Assembly (NCBI GenBank): GCA_015233115.1 | Contig: JADFYJ010000002.1 | Location: 111,216-175,215 of the forward strand | Direction: 5' to 3' | DNA: 64,000 nt | Source: Candidatus Omnitrophota bacterium | GTDB lineage: Bacteria > Omnitrophota > Gorgyraeia > Zapsychrales > Zapsychraceae | Shown: positions 1 through 9,099 of the stretch, one piece after another | Position numbering within the stretch: position 1 is the first letter of the stretch | Layout of the letters: each line of letters opens with the position of its first letter | Made by a program: the position numbers and the translations under genes | Notes under the pieces: generated by a model | Told to the model about the DNA's origin: nothing | The model's input: the letters and a program-made list of their open reading frames with translations, nothing else | Databases searched by the model: none

Positions 1-144
1 ACCGCACTGACCCAGCATAGTCACGTGAGCAATACTTCCCATGACATCATACAAAGCCAGCTTATAATCATAAGCAATGCTGAAGCTGAACTTATCCGCT
101 AAAGCGTCAGTCCCTTTTGCAAAACGGCTACCCCAAAATTTCAT
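1..144 (-). CDS. argH: argininosuccinate lyase, N-terminal part (gene continues beyond window start)
   Basis: Minus-strand translation from ATG at 144 gives MKFWGSRFAKGTDALADKFSFSIAYDYKLALYDVMGSIAHVTMLGQ, typical ArgH N-terminus; AAGGAG RBS 9 nt upstream; last gene of arg operon. Confidence 0.75.
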   Translation of the reverse strand, partial: MKFWGSRFAKGTDALADKFSFSIAYDYKLALYDVMGSIAHVTMLGQCG

Positions 145-162
145 CACAATCTCCTTTATTCA

Positions 163-362
163 AGTATGTAGTTCGTAGTATGTGGTATGTAGAAAATACA
201 AAAAAACAAAACATCAAAAACAAAAAATACTCCAAACTATATTTTTTTATTTAAAAAAATTAAAAATTTATCTACGTTTTCACCAAATCGCTTTTCCACC
301 ATTCGTTTTTCACTACATACTACATACCACATGCCACATACTACATGCCACATACTACATAC
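163..362. repeat. MITE-like element, family A: inverted arms (AGTATGTAGTATGTNGTATGTAG / CTACATACNACATACTACATAC) around ~110 nt AT-rich core
   Basis: Left arm 163-192, right arm 313-362 are reverse complements; same architecture recurs at 2803-2993, 4184-4320, 31397-31528, 58723-58892. Confidence 0.8.
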
Positions 363-364
363 GT

Positions 365-1537
365 TTATCTTTTCATATACGGAATGGTCCACAATTTGAT
401 AAACCCGTCGGCTAAGGATTGATCGAATACATCGCCTTTGCCATACGTGGCCATTTTTTGATTATAGCGGGAAAATTTCGATTTCCGGCCGACTACTGTG
501 CAGGTGCCTTTGAATAATTTCAGACGCACCACGCCCGTTGTTGTCTCATGATATTTTTTGAAATACGCGTCGAGCTGACTTTTTAACGGCGTTAACCACA
601 ACCCGTAATAAATAATCTCGGCATATTTTTGTGAGAATATTTCTTTAAAATGCAAACTTTCCCGGTCAAGCACTAAACTTTCTAAATCGCGAATGGCCAT
701 ATGCAAAATGGTTCCAGCCGGATTTTCATAAGTCTCTCTGGACTTAATCCCCACTAACCGGTTTTCGATCATGTCCATGCGCCCGACACCATTATCCCCG
801 CCCATTTGATTTAACACCTGGATCAGTTCAACTGGAGCATAAGATTTTCCGTTAATTTTTTTGGGCGTCCCTTGCTCAAACTCGATTTCCACATACGTAG
901 GTTTACTCGGCGTTTTATTAGGACTCTTGGTCATCGCGTAAATATCTTCCGGCGGCTCTTGCCAAGGATCTTCTAAAATACCGCATTCAATTGCTCGTCC
1001 ATAAACATTGGTATCAATGCTGTAGGGCTTTTTCTTAGTGACCGCAATTTTTATGCCCTTAGACGCCAAATAATCCATCTCTTCTTCACGGGTTTTAAAT
1101 TCCCAACCACGAACCGGAGCGATCACTTCCAACGAAGGATCCATCAATCGATACGTGACTTCAAAACGGACTTGGTCATTTCCTTTACCTGTACAGCCAT
1201 GAACCAGGCCGACCGCTTTTTCTTTTTGCGCGATCAACACCTGATGTTTAGCAATAACCGGACGAGACAAAGCACAAGCTAATACATACTTCCCTTCATA
1301 AAGCGCTCCCGCTTTAAGCGCAGGAAATACATAATCTTCAATAAATTCTTTTTGCAAATTCAGACAATAAGCCTTGGACGCCCCGGATTTAACCGCGCGC
1401 TCTTTTATCGCCTCAAAATTTTCACCTTGTCCGACGTCACCGATACACGCTATAACATCATAATCCCGTTCTTTTAACCATGGAATGATACAGGACGTAT
1501 CTAATCCGCCCGAATAGGCTAATACTACTTTTTTCAT
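365..1537 (-). CDS. argG: argininosuccinate synthase
   Basis: MKKVVLAYSGGLDTS N-terminus (PP-loop ATPase), full-length ArgG-like translation; start trimmed to ATG 1537 with AGGTGAGG RBS; upstream extension of ORF reads through repeat arm. Confidence 0.9.
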   Translation of the reverse strand: MKKVVLAYSGGLDTSCIIPWLKERDYDVIACIGDVGQGENFEAIKERAVKSGASKAYCLNLQKEFIEDYVFPALKAGALYEGKYVLACALSRPVIAKHQVLIAQKEKAVGLVHGCTGKGNDQVRFEVTYRLMDPSLEVIAPVRGWEFKTREEEMDYLASKGIKIAVTKKKPYSIDTNVYGRAIECGILEDPWQEPPEDIYAMTKSPNKTPSKPTYVEIEFEQGTPKKINGKSYAPVELIQVLNQMGGDNGVGRMDMIENRLVGIKSRETYENPAGTILHMAIRDLESLVLDRESLHFKEIFSQKYAEIIYYGLWLTPLKSQLDAYFKKYHETTTGVVRLKLFKGTCTVVGRKSKFSRYNQKMATYGKGDVFDQSLADGFIKLWTIPYMKR

Positions 1538-1566
1538 AAATGCCTCACCTTTCGATTGTTTTAATA

Positions 1567-1866
1567 GTAACAAAGTAACCGAGTAACAGAGTGACAAAGA
1601 AAAGCATAAAAACGATTAGTAAAAATACATCAAAAAAAACAACCAAAAAATTTAAAAAAAACAATCGTTAATAAAAATCAATTTTTAAATCCAGTGCGCT
1701 CTGCCGACTTTTTTATCAAAACTGTTAATTGTTTCCCTATTTTCTCTTCTGCTTTTTTCGCTTCATTCGCTTCTGCTCTGTCACTCTGCTACTTTATAAC
1801 TTTTTTAACTTTTTCGCACCAATCGCTTTTGCTCTGTCACTCTGTTACTCGGTCACTCGGTTACTT
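1567..1866. repeat. inverted-repeat element, family B: arms GTAACAGAGTGACAGAG-type flanking ~200 nt AT-rich core
   Basis: 1567-1599 (aacaaagtaaccgagtaacagagtgacaaag) is reverse complement of 1829-1866 (gctctgtcactctgttactcggtcactcggttac); extra arm copy 1774-1796. Confidence 0.65.
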
Positions 1867-1868
1867 CT

Positions 1869-2786
1869 TTAGTTGCCTGCCAAAAAAATCATAACCGCTT
1901 TTTGCGTATGCAAACGATTTTCTGCCTGGTCAAAGACAATAGAGTGCGGACCATCTATGATCTCGCCGGTCACTTCTTGTCCTCGATGCGCGGGCAAACA
2001 ATGCATAAAAATATAATTTTCTTTCGCGTGCTTGACCAAATCTTTATTGATCTGAAAATTTTGAAAATCCCGTATTCTCTGCTGAGTTTCCACTTCCTGC
2101 CCCATGCTCACCCAAACATCAGAATAAATGACGTCCACATCTTTGACGCCTTCAATCGGCGAATGAGTAATGACAATGTCAGAACCATTTTCTTTAGCGA
2201 CTGCTTTAGCCGCCATAATCACATTAACATTGGGCTCATACCCGGCCGGCGTCGCAATTTTAATATCAACGCCGATCTTGGCACAACACATTAACAAAGA
2301 ATGGCAGACATTATTACCGTCACCAATATAACTGACTGTGACATCGGTCAGTTTAGGAAATTTTTCCATCACAGAAAACAAATCCGTCAAGGCCTGGCAC
2401 GGATGATACATATCGCACAAACCATTAATAACCGGTATCGACGCGTATTTAGCCAAAGCCAACACATCTTTATTATAATTAACCCGGGCCACAATCGCGT
2501 CAAAATACCGCGATAAAGTCCGTGCCACATCCTCGGTCGTTTCCCGCACGCCTAAGTTAATTTCAGATGGGCTCAGATAAACGCATTCCCCGCCGAGCTG
2601 TTTAATCCCCACTTCAAATGAAACCCGGGTTCGGTTAGAAGGTTTCTGAAAAACCAGACCTACAGACTTATGTTTTAATGCTTCAGGCATTAAAAACCGG
2701 TCTTTCTTTAACCGTGCCGTTAAAGCCAGAATCTGTAATATTTCTTCCTTGGTGAGATCTTTAACGTCGATTAAGTCACGTTTCAT
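1869..2786 (-). CDS. argF: ornithine carbamoyltransferase
   Basis: MKRDLIDVKDLTKEEI start, STRTR and HCLP motifs of ATCase/OTCase family, 305 aa, arg operon context. Confidence 0.85.
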   Translation of the reverse strand: MKRDLIDVKDLTKEEILQILALTARLKKDRFLMPEALKHKSVGLVFQKPSNRTRVSFEVGIKQLGGECVYLSPSEINLGVRETTEDVARTLSRYFDAIVARVNYNKDVLALAKYASIPVINGLCDMYHPCQALTDLFSVMEKFPKLTDVTVSYIGDGNNVCHSLLMCCAKIGVDIKIATPAGYEPNVNVIMAAKAVAKENGSDIVITHSPIEGVKDVDVIYSDVWVSMGQEVETQQRIRDFQNFQINKDLVKHAKENYIFMHCLPAHRGQEVTGEIIDGPHSIVFDQAENRLHTQKAVMIFLAGN

Positions 2787-2802
2787 TGGTATATCCTTTT
2801 TA

Positions 2803-2993
2803 AGTATGTAGTATGTAGTAAAAAAATCTTGTTTTAAAATATTTGATATTTAAAACGTATATAAATGCTGCACCACTCGCGGAGCTCCTGTACTATGCGG
2901 ACATTTCGTCCTTGGTCGTAGGGGCGATCGCCCCTACGCCAACGTCCCATATTCTTTTTTTACCACATACCACATACTACATACCACATGCCA
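2803..2993. repeat. family A MITE-like element copy 2 (contains an internal GTAG-palindrome at 2918-2937)
   Basis: Arms 2803-2820 and 2962-2993; argD stop codon (CTA at 2977-2979 on plus strand = TAG) and last 6 codons lie inside right arm. Confidence 0.75.
2918..2937. repeat. REP-like palindrome GTAGGGGCGATCGCCCCTAC
   Basis: Perfect 20-nt GC-rich palindrome with GTAG/CTAC ends in AT-rich context; related to hairpins at 7495, 7578, 21133, 33335. Confidence 0.6.
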
Positions 2994-4164
2994 TTTTTAA
3001 TACTTTATCCAATATATAAAGCGCCTTCTTCGCCTGTCTTTCCGTCACATTTAACGCCGGCATGATCCGGAGCACTTTTCCCTGCGTGCAATTGATGATC
3101 AAGCCCTGATCCAGACATGCTTTAACAATTGGCGCGCCTTCGATGTTTAATTCCATTCCCAGCATCAGACCCAGGCCCCGAACGTCGACGATACAGTTAT
3201 ATTTCTTTTTTAATTCATTTAAACCATTCAATAAAAATTTGCTCATCACCTTCGCGTTTTTCAGCATCTTACCAGTATGGATGGCTTTAAATGCGCCTAA
3301 AGCCGCCTTACAAACTAATGGACTGCCGCCAAACGTTGAGGCATGCATGCCGGGTTTAAACACGTCGGAATATTTTTCTTTTACCACCAAGGCGCCAATG
3401 GGCAATCCGCCGCCTAAAGCTTTGGCCAAAATCATCAAATCCGGTTCCACGCCATAATTCTCATAAGCAAACATCGTTCCGGTTCTGCCCATGCCGGTTT
3501 GAACCTCATCAAAAATCAAAAGTATATCTTTCTGATCACAAATTTTCCGGAGTTCCTTAACATATTCTTTAGTCGCAATGTTAATACCGCCCTCACCCTG
3601 CACTAATTCCAAATTAATCGCTATCGTTTTAGAAGTTATAGCTTTTTTCAATTGCTCAATATCATTAAAGTCAACCGACACGAAGCCCAAAGGCAAAGGA
3701 TGAAAACCGTTCTGATATTTATTTTGCGCGGTCGCGGCCAAAGCGCCCATGGTCCGCCCATGAAAAGACTGATTCATGGTAATAATTTCATGCCGCTCCC
3801 CTTTTCCATAAGCCCGGGTAAATTTGATCGCCGCCTCATTCCCTTCAGCCCCGCTATTGCAAAAAAATACTTTGCCCGGAAATGAACACCGGATAATTTC
3901 CTGCGCCAATTTCGCCTGATAAGGATGATAAAAATTATTAGGAACAAAAATTAATTTACCAATTTGATCGCGCACGCCCGAAACCACTTTAGGATTGCAA
4001 TGCCCGACATTATTCACGCCCCACCCCGGGAAGAAATCCAAATATTTTTTCCCATGAATGTCAATGAGCTCCATCCCCTTCCCCTTAACAAACACCACCG
4101 GCGTCCGGGTATAAGTATTCAAAATATATTTATCGTAAGCTTGAATTGTTTTGTCAGTAGTCAT
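2977..4164 (-). CDS. argD: acetylornithine aminotransferase (class III PLP aminotransferase)
   Basis: 395 aa, class-III aminotransferase motifs (DEVQTGMGRTG, PLP lysine region), arg operon context. Confidence 0.85.
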   Translation of the reverse strand: MTTDKTIQAYDKYILNTYTRTPVVFVKGKGMELIDIHGKKYLDFFPGWGVNNVGHCNPKVVSGVRDQIGKLIFVPNNFYHPYQAKLAQEIIRCSFPGKVFFCNSGAEGNEAAIKFTRAYGKGERHEIITMNQSFHGRTMGALAATAQNKYQNGFHPLPLGFVSVDFNDIEQLKKAITSKTIAINLELVQGEGGINIATKEYVKELRKICDQKDILLIFDEVQTGMGRTGTMFAYENYGVEPDLMILAKALGGGLPIGALVVKEKYSDVFKPGMHASTFGGSPLVCKAALGAFKAIHTGKMLKNAKVMSKFLLNGLNELKKKYNCIVDVRGLGLMLGMELNIEGAPIVKACLDQGLIINCTQGKVLRIMPALNVTERQAKKALYILDKVLKMACGM

Positions 4165-4183
4165 ATTTTGTCCAATCTTTAAA

Positions 4184-4320
4184 AGTATGTAGTATGTCGT
4201 ATGTGGTATGTAGCAAAAAACAAAAAAATTAATATTTTAATTAACCGTTTTTGATTCTTTTGATTTTCTGAAAACCAACCGCTTTTTTTCACCACATACT
4301 ACATGCCACATACTACATAC
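4184..4320. repeat. family A MITE-like element copy 3
   Basis: Arms 4184-4213 and 4291-4320; argB stop codon (CTA 4313-4315) lies inside right arm. Confidence 0.75.
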
Positions 4321-5173
4321 TGTCTCTCAAAATTTGCGTCCCAATCCCTTGATTCGTAAAAAATTCCAATAATAAAGCGTGCTCTACTTGAGCGTCGACA
4401 ATGTGAACTTTTTTAACTCCCGCGTTCAATGCTTCGATACACGAATTCACTTTCGGGATCATGCCGCCCTTAATGACATTCGTATTAATCAAATTTTGAA
4501 CTTCTTCCAAAGTCAAAGTCGGGATCAAAGAATCCGGGTCATTCATGTCGCGCATAACGCCGGACACATCCGTCAATAAAACCAGTTTTTCCGCGTTCAT
4601 CGCCTTGGATATGGCGCTCGCCACTTCATCCGCGTTCACATTATAGGCTTGTTGGCTATCACCAACACCTAACGGCGATATGACCGTAATATGCCCGCGT
4701 TTTAAATGCGTGTTAAGCACGTCTTTATTAATATTGGTCACAGTACCAACAAAACCTAAATCTTTCGCAGATTGCCGCTTGATCACATGAACCAGATCTT
4801 CATTGCCGATTATGCCAGTGACATCACCTTTAAGTTCTTTAATTTCTTTAACAATACGTTCATTGAGCTTAATCAATTCTTCCGTTACGATTTTTAAGGT
4901 CGGCTCATCGGTCACCCGGATACCATCCTGAAACACCGGCTGGACGCCAATCTCTTTCAAACGACTGCTAATATGCGGCCCGCCTCCGTGCACTAAAATC
5001 GTTTTAATACCCACATAACTTAAAAACACAATATCTTCTAAAACATTTTTCCGGATCACTGGATCTTCGAGAATGCTGCCCCCATATTTAATCACAAACA
5101 CTTTATGCCGAAACGCATGGATATACGGAATCGCTTCGACCAGCACTCCGGCTTTTTTAATTATATTCTGCAT
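4313..5173 (-). CDS. argB: acetylglutamate kinase
   Basis: 286 aa, VIKYGGS N-terminal amino-acid kinase motif; overlaps argJ 3-prime end by 17 nt. Confidence 0.9.
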   Translation of the reverse strand: MQNIIKKAGVLVEAIPYIHAFRHKVFVIKYGGSILEDPVIRKNVLEDIVFLSYVGIKTILVHGGGPHISSRLKEIGVQPVFQDGIRVTDEPTLKIVTEELIKLNERIVKEIKELKGDVTGIIGNEDLVHVIKRQSAKDLGFVGTVTNINKDVLNTHLKRGHITVISPLGVGDSQQAYNVNADEVASAISKAMNAEKLVLLTDVSGVMRDMNDPDSLIPTLTLEEVQNLINTNVIKGGMIPKVNSCIEALNAGVKKVHIVDAQVEHALLLEFFTNQGIGTQILRDSM

Positions 5174-6299
5174 TGATCCTCACATATTCATTGGATAAAT
5201 CCGACGTATAAACGGTCGCGTTATGTTTACCCTGGTTGAACTTAACGGTAATAGAAATCTCCTTTTTATCAAAAGGACTAAATTCAATTTCCATGTGCTT
5301 TTCATTCACATAAGGAATACCCAGCGATCCCACAGCCTGTGCCACCCGTCCCCAATTTGGATTACAGCCAAACGCGGCAGTTTTGACTAAGTTCGAATTG
5401 GCGACTGCCATGGCCATATCATGCGCGTGCTTTTGGGTTTTCGCCCAGACCACATTCACAGTAATAAATTTCGTCGCGCCTTCACCATCCATTACAACTT
5501 TTTTAGCCAAATCCAGACACACAAAATTCAAAGCTTCCTGAAACACTTCAAAATCTTTGCCTTTAGTCGTGATCACTTTATTTCCAGCCTTGCCATTGGC
5601 AAATATTGTCACCATGTCATTGGTGCTCATACATCCGTCAACAGTGATCCGGTTAAATGATAATTCCACGGCATAAGCGAGTGCTTCTTTTAAAAGTTTA
5701 GGACTTATAGCAACGTCTGTATTCACAAAACCCAGCATAGTTGCCATATTAGGCGCGATCATGCCTGAACCTTTAGCGCACCCGCCGATCACGACCTTCT
5801 TGCCGGCCACAGTGATTTCAACTGTTTTTTCTTTAACAATCAAATCCGTGGTTAAAATGGCTTTTTCGAAATTACTTGAGCCGGTCTTGGAAAGACTGTT
5901 CACCAGCTCTTCAGCCGCTTTCTCAATCTTTTCATACGGCAAGGTCTTACCAATAATTCCCGTTGACGTGACCAACACATCAGTAGTCAGTATTCCCAAT
6001 TTTTTCGCGATCACTTCAGTCGTCAAATACGCGTGCAGGAGGCCTAGCTCACCGGTATAACAATTCGCGTTACCACTGTTAACGATCATCGCCTGGGCTT
6101 TGCCATTTTTTAAATGCTTTTTGGAAATCACGAGCGGCGCGGCTACAACTGAATTTTTCGTAAATACACCGGCTGCCACGCAAGGCACTTCGGAAAAAAT
6201 CAAGCCTAAGTCAAACTTGCCGGATTTCCGTATGCCGCAACACAAACCGCTGGCTTTGAATCCCTGAGGTTTAGTAATGCCGCCGTTAATAATTTTCAT
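5157..6299 (-). CDS. argJ: bifunctional ornithine acetyltransferase / N-acetylglutamate synthase
   Basis: MKIINGGITKPQGFKASGLCCGI start typical of ArgJ; ATML autoproteolysis-region present; start trimmed to ATG 6299 (longer ORF runs through GGTTTTT repeat giving KPKTKNQ artefact). Confidence 0.85.
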   Translation of the reverse strand: MKIINGGITKPQGFKASGLCCGIRKSGKFDLGLIFSEVPCVAAGVFTKNSVVAAPLVISKKHLKNGKAQAMIVNSGNANCYTGELGLLHAYLTTEVIAKKLGILTTDVLVTSTGIIGKTLPYEKIEKAAEELVNSLSKTGSSNFEKAILTTDLIVKEKTVEITVAGKKVVIGGCAKGSGMIAPNMATMLGFVNTDVAISPKLLKEALAYAVELSFNRITVDGCMSTNDMVTIFANGKAGNKVITTKGKDFEVFQEALNFVCLDLAKKVVMDGEGATKFITVNVVWAKTQKHAHDMAMAVANSNLVKTAAFGCNPNWGRVAQAVGSLGIPYVNEKHMEIEFSPFDKKEISITVKFNQGKHNATVYTSDLSNEYVRINAEYN

Positions 6300-6315
6300 A
6301 ATTGACCATTCGTAC

Positions 6316-6430
6316 AGTTTTTGGTTTTTGGTTTTTGGTTTTTGGTTTTTGGTTTTTGGTTTTTGGTTTGTGGTTATCAGAATTCTTTGCTTTTTCCAAC
6401 AACCAACAACCATCAACCACCAACCACCAA
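6316..6430. repeat. family C element: (GGTTTTT)n ... (CCAACAA/CCACCAA)n imperfect inverted repeat
   Basis: Seven tandem GGTTTTT units then CAACAACCAACAACCATCAACCACCAACC; same family as 7743-7813, 7831-7912, 8355-8436, 15717-15785, 15831-15870, 19370-19436, 19533-19609. Confidence 0.75.
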
Positions 6431-6436
6431 CCATTA

Positions 6437-7459
6437 TTATAAAATTCCTATCGTTTCATTAAAACCGCAAATGATATTCATATTCTGCACAGCTTGACTG
6501 GCAGCGCCTTTATACAAATTATCAATCACGCTGGTGATTACCAGTAATTTCCCGTTTGCACTTTGGGCCATGCCAATATCACAAAAATTCGTATTAACCA
6601 CGTTCTTTAATTCCGGTTGAGTTCCTAATTCAAGAACCCGCACAAACGTATCTGAATGGTAAAATCTTTTATAAATCTTATGCAACTCGCTTAATGATAT
6701 TTTTTCTTTTAAATGCACATAAATCGTCTCGAGAATTCCCTGGTTGATCGGCAATAAATGCGCGACAAAGTTAAAATCAAATTCACTTCCTGCTGATATT
6801 TTCTTTAAATAGGTCTCAATTTCAGGCGAATGCTGATGCTGCAAAACTTTATAGGCTTTGAAGCTTTCATTCACTTCACAAAAAGTCAGATCAATCGATG
6901 CCTTTTTGCCAGCGCCGGATACGCCGGACTTCGCGTCAATGACAATTTGCTCAATGAGCGGAGTGTAGATCGATACCACCGGAGCCAAACCCAGCAATGC
7001 CGCTGTTGGATAGCATCCCGGATTAGCAATAAATGACGCTTTCTTAATCTTCACCCGGAACAATTCCGGCAGTCCATAAATCGCATACTTTAAATTCAGC
7101 GGATCAATATGGTCAGTGCCGTACCATTGTTTATAAAGCCGGGTATTCTTCAAACGATAATCTCCGCTCAAATCGATGACTTTTAAACCCTTCTTTAAAA
7201 GTAAGGGCGCAATTTCCATCGAAATTTTATGGGGAACGGCCAGAAAAACCAAATCGCATTTTTGAGCTGCTTCAGCCGCGTCAAACTTAACACACTCCAG
7301 CTTGGTCTGGCCAAACAATTGCGGCCATATCTCTCCCACTTTACCCGTCGTCGTATTCGCGCTAACGTAAGTTAACCGCACGTCAGGATGCTTCAAAAGC
7401 AATTTTAAAGCGATCAGACCCGAATATCCGCTAACGCCTACTATTCCAACTCTTGTCAT
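6437..7459 (-). CDS. argC: N-acetyl-gamma-glutamyl-phosphate reductase
   Basis: MTRVGIVGVSGYSGL Rossmann start, semialdehyde-dehydrogenase family, start at ATG 7459 with GGAAGGG RBS; longer ORF reads into REP-like hairpin. Confidence 0.85.
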   Translation of the reverse strand: MTRVGIVGVSGYSGLIALKLLLKHPDVRLTYVSANTTTGKVGEIWPQLFGQTKLECVKFDAAEAAQKCDLVFLAVPHKISMEIAPLLLKKGLKVIDLSGDYRLKNTRLYKQWYGTDHIDPLNLKYAIYGLPELFRVKIKKASFIANPGCYPTAALLGLAPVVSIYTPLIEQIVIDAKSGVSGAGKKASIDLTFCEVNESFKAYKVLQHQHSPEIETYLKKISAGSEFDFNFVAHLLPINQGILETIYVHLKEKISLSELHKIYKRFYHSDTFVRVLELGTQPELKNVVNTNFCDIGMAQSANGKLLVITSVIDNLYKGAASQAVQNMNIICGFNETIGIL

Positions 7460-7494
7460 ATTATCCCTTCCGGTCTTGTCATAACATATTTTTT

Positions 7495-7603
7495 GTAGGG
7501 GCGATCTCCTGATCGCCCGTTGAAACAATAAACCTCAATCAATTTTTAAATAAACAAAAGACAATAATTTTGTAAACCGGGCGATCAGGAGATCGCCCCT
7601 ACA
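7495..7603. repeat. BIME-like pair of REP-like hairpins in opposite orientation (GTAGGGGCGATCTCCTGATCGCCCG ... CGGGCGATCAGGAGATCGCCCCTAC)
   Basis: 7495-7520 and 7578-7603 are exact reverse complements of each other, each itself a stem-loop; GTAG/CTAC termini as in classical REPs. Confidence 0.7.
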
Positions 7604-7742
7604 ACAGACCATGTCATTTTTTCCTATCACCTATTGCCTATCGCTAGGCCATCTCGACGTAAAAACAATCAATTATAATAAAATAAAAAACCTATCTCGT
7701 CAACTGAATTAACAGAAAGAGATAGGTATATTTAAATCGTTA

Positions 7743-7813
7743 ATGGTTGATGGTTTTTAGTTTTTGGTAAAAAAACGAATAGTTTCTGATACCCAACAAC
7801 CACAAACCAAAGG
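7743..7813. repeat. family C element copy
   Basis: GGTTGATGGTTTTTAGTTTTTGG - AAAAAAACGAAT - CCAACAACCACAAACC. Confidence 0.7.
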
Positions 7814-7830
7814 CCATTTTATATTTTTTT

Positions 7831-7912
7831 AGTTGATGCTTAATTGTTTTTAGTTTTTGGAAAAAACGAATAATTTCGATAACCAACAACCACAAACCAA
7901 CAACCAAAAACC
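7831..7912. repeat. family C element copy
   Basis: GTTTTTAGTTTTTGGAAAAAACGAATAATTTCGATAACCAACAACCACAAACCAACAACCAAAAACC. Confidence 0.7.
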
Positions 7913-7920
7913 AGCATTTT

Positions 7921-8316
7921 TTAACGCTTAACCCACTGGAATTTCCTGCGGGCCCCTTTCTGTCCGGGTTTTTTACGTTCTTTCATCCTGGGGTCACGCC
8001 TGAGCATATCAGCTTTTTTAAGCGTAGGTCGGGTTTCTAAATCAAATAGAGTCAAGGCGCGGGATAAACCAAGGCGCATAGCGCCAGCTTGTCCAGTGGC
8101 ACCGCCGCCATTCACGCTGACCTCAACATCAAATTTTTCTGCTGTATTCGTCAACTTTAAAGGCTCAGTGATCAAAATTCGATCAGTTTCGCGATTAAAA
8201 TATTCAATGAATTCACGTTTATTAACACGGATAACTCCCTTGCCCGGAGTTAACACTACGCGAGCGATAGAACTTTTTCTGCGGCCTGTTGCGGCATACT
8301 TAACGACTTCGACCAT
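7921..8316 (-). CDS. rpsI: 30S ribosomal protein S9
   Basis: 131 aa, basic C-terminus RRKFQWVKR-like, conserved S9 core (GGGATGQAGA). Confidence 0.9.
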   Translation of the reverse strand: MVEVVKYAATGRRKSSIARVVLTPGKGVIRVNKREFIEYFNRETDRILITEPLKLTNTAEKFDVEVSVNGGGATGQAGAMRLGLSRALTLFDLETRPTLKKADMLRRDPRMKERKKPGQKGARRKFQWVKR

Positions 8317-8354
8317 ACGAATAATTCCTCTGTTTGTAATATTAAATTTTTAAC

Positions 8355-8436
8355 GGTTGATAGTTGATGGTTTTTAGTTTTTGGAAAAAGCGAATTGTTT
8401 TAATAACCAACAACCAAGATCCAACAACCAACAACC
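8355..8436. repeat. family C element copy
   Basis: GGTTGATAGTTGATGGTTTTTAGTTTTTGGAAAAAGCGAAT...ATAACCAACAACCAAGATCCAACAACCAACAACC. Confidence 0.7.
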
Positions 8437-8443
8437 CTATCTT

Positions 8444-8899
8444 TTAAATATCTATTGCTACTGGTTTTTGAGCGATATGCGGGTGCTTATCATCCGCGTA
8501 CACAAAAAGTTTGTCTTGAATCTTGCTTCCTAACGCGCCTTTGGGGATCATGCGGAATATAGCTAATTCCAAAACCTTAGTCGGCTTGTTCTGTAACATA
8601 TCTTTTAACGCCACGCGCTGCTGACCACTGGAATAACCGGAATAACGTAAATAAAATTTATCAGTTAATTTTGCGCCGGTCACTTTAATCTTGCTAGCGT
8701 TGATGATAATCACCATATCCCCTGTATCCACATGCGGGGTATACGTCACCTTATGTTTTCCGCGTAACAATACTGCCGCTTTGGTCGCGACCCGGCCTAA
8801 AACTTTGTCAGCCGCATCGATCACGTAACATTTGCGCTGAACTGTTTCAGCCTTCGCCATATAAGTCTTTTTTGTTGCATTAATCATCTTCTTCACCAC
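8444..8899 (-). CDS. rplM: 50S ribosomal protein L13
   Basis: L13 signature (AETVQRKCYVIDA, GKHKVTYTPHVDTGD); true start may be an internal Met (MINATKK or MAKAE). Confidence 0.9.
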   Translation of the reverse strand: MVKKMINATKKTYMAKAETVQRKCYVIDAADKVLGRVATKAAVLLRGKHKVTYTPHVDTGDMVIIINASKIKVTGAKLTDKFYLRYSGYSSGQQRVALKDMLQNKPTKVLELAIFRMIPKGALGSKIQDKLFVYADDKHPHIAQKPVAIDI

Positions 8900-9046
8900 T
8901 TATTGTTAGAGTTGACCTAAATTAAATTCCTCGTGTAGTAAAACATGGGGCACAAAGTTGTATCCCAAGTTATAATCATGAGACAACAAATATATCATCT
9001 TGTTTCAAAATGTCAATATGTTTTTTATGTGTGTCCGGTGTCCAAC

Positions 9047-9099
9047 GGCGTCTGATCTCGACTAAGCTTTGGCGCCAGACAATTAATGGTCTAGACACC
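9047..9099. repeat. family D element (partial): GGCGTCTGATCTCGAC ... GGTCTAGACACC
   Basis: Shares GGYGTCAGATCTCGAC / GTCGAGATCTGACACC arms with 20068-20160 and 54784-54876; stop codon of the 1580-aa gene (CTA 9091-9093) lies in the arm. Confidence 0.55.

Noticed and set aside
6300-6434. N-terminal extensions of argJ (to 6434), argC (to 7528), argG (to 1597), the subunit gene (to 40908), the MCP (to 48239), metW (to 32239), murB (to 28348) and miaB (to 42257)
   Set aside because: The extended frames read through intergenic repeats or overlap the upstream gene. Internal Met codons with RBS, and family-typical N-termini (MKIINGG, MTRVGIVG, MKKVVLAYSGG, MKMKKIF signal peptide, [32 protein letters not shown]), give cleaner gene boundaries.
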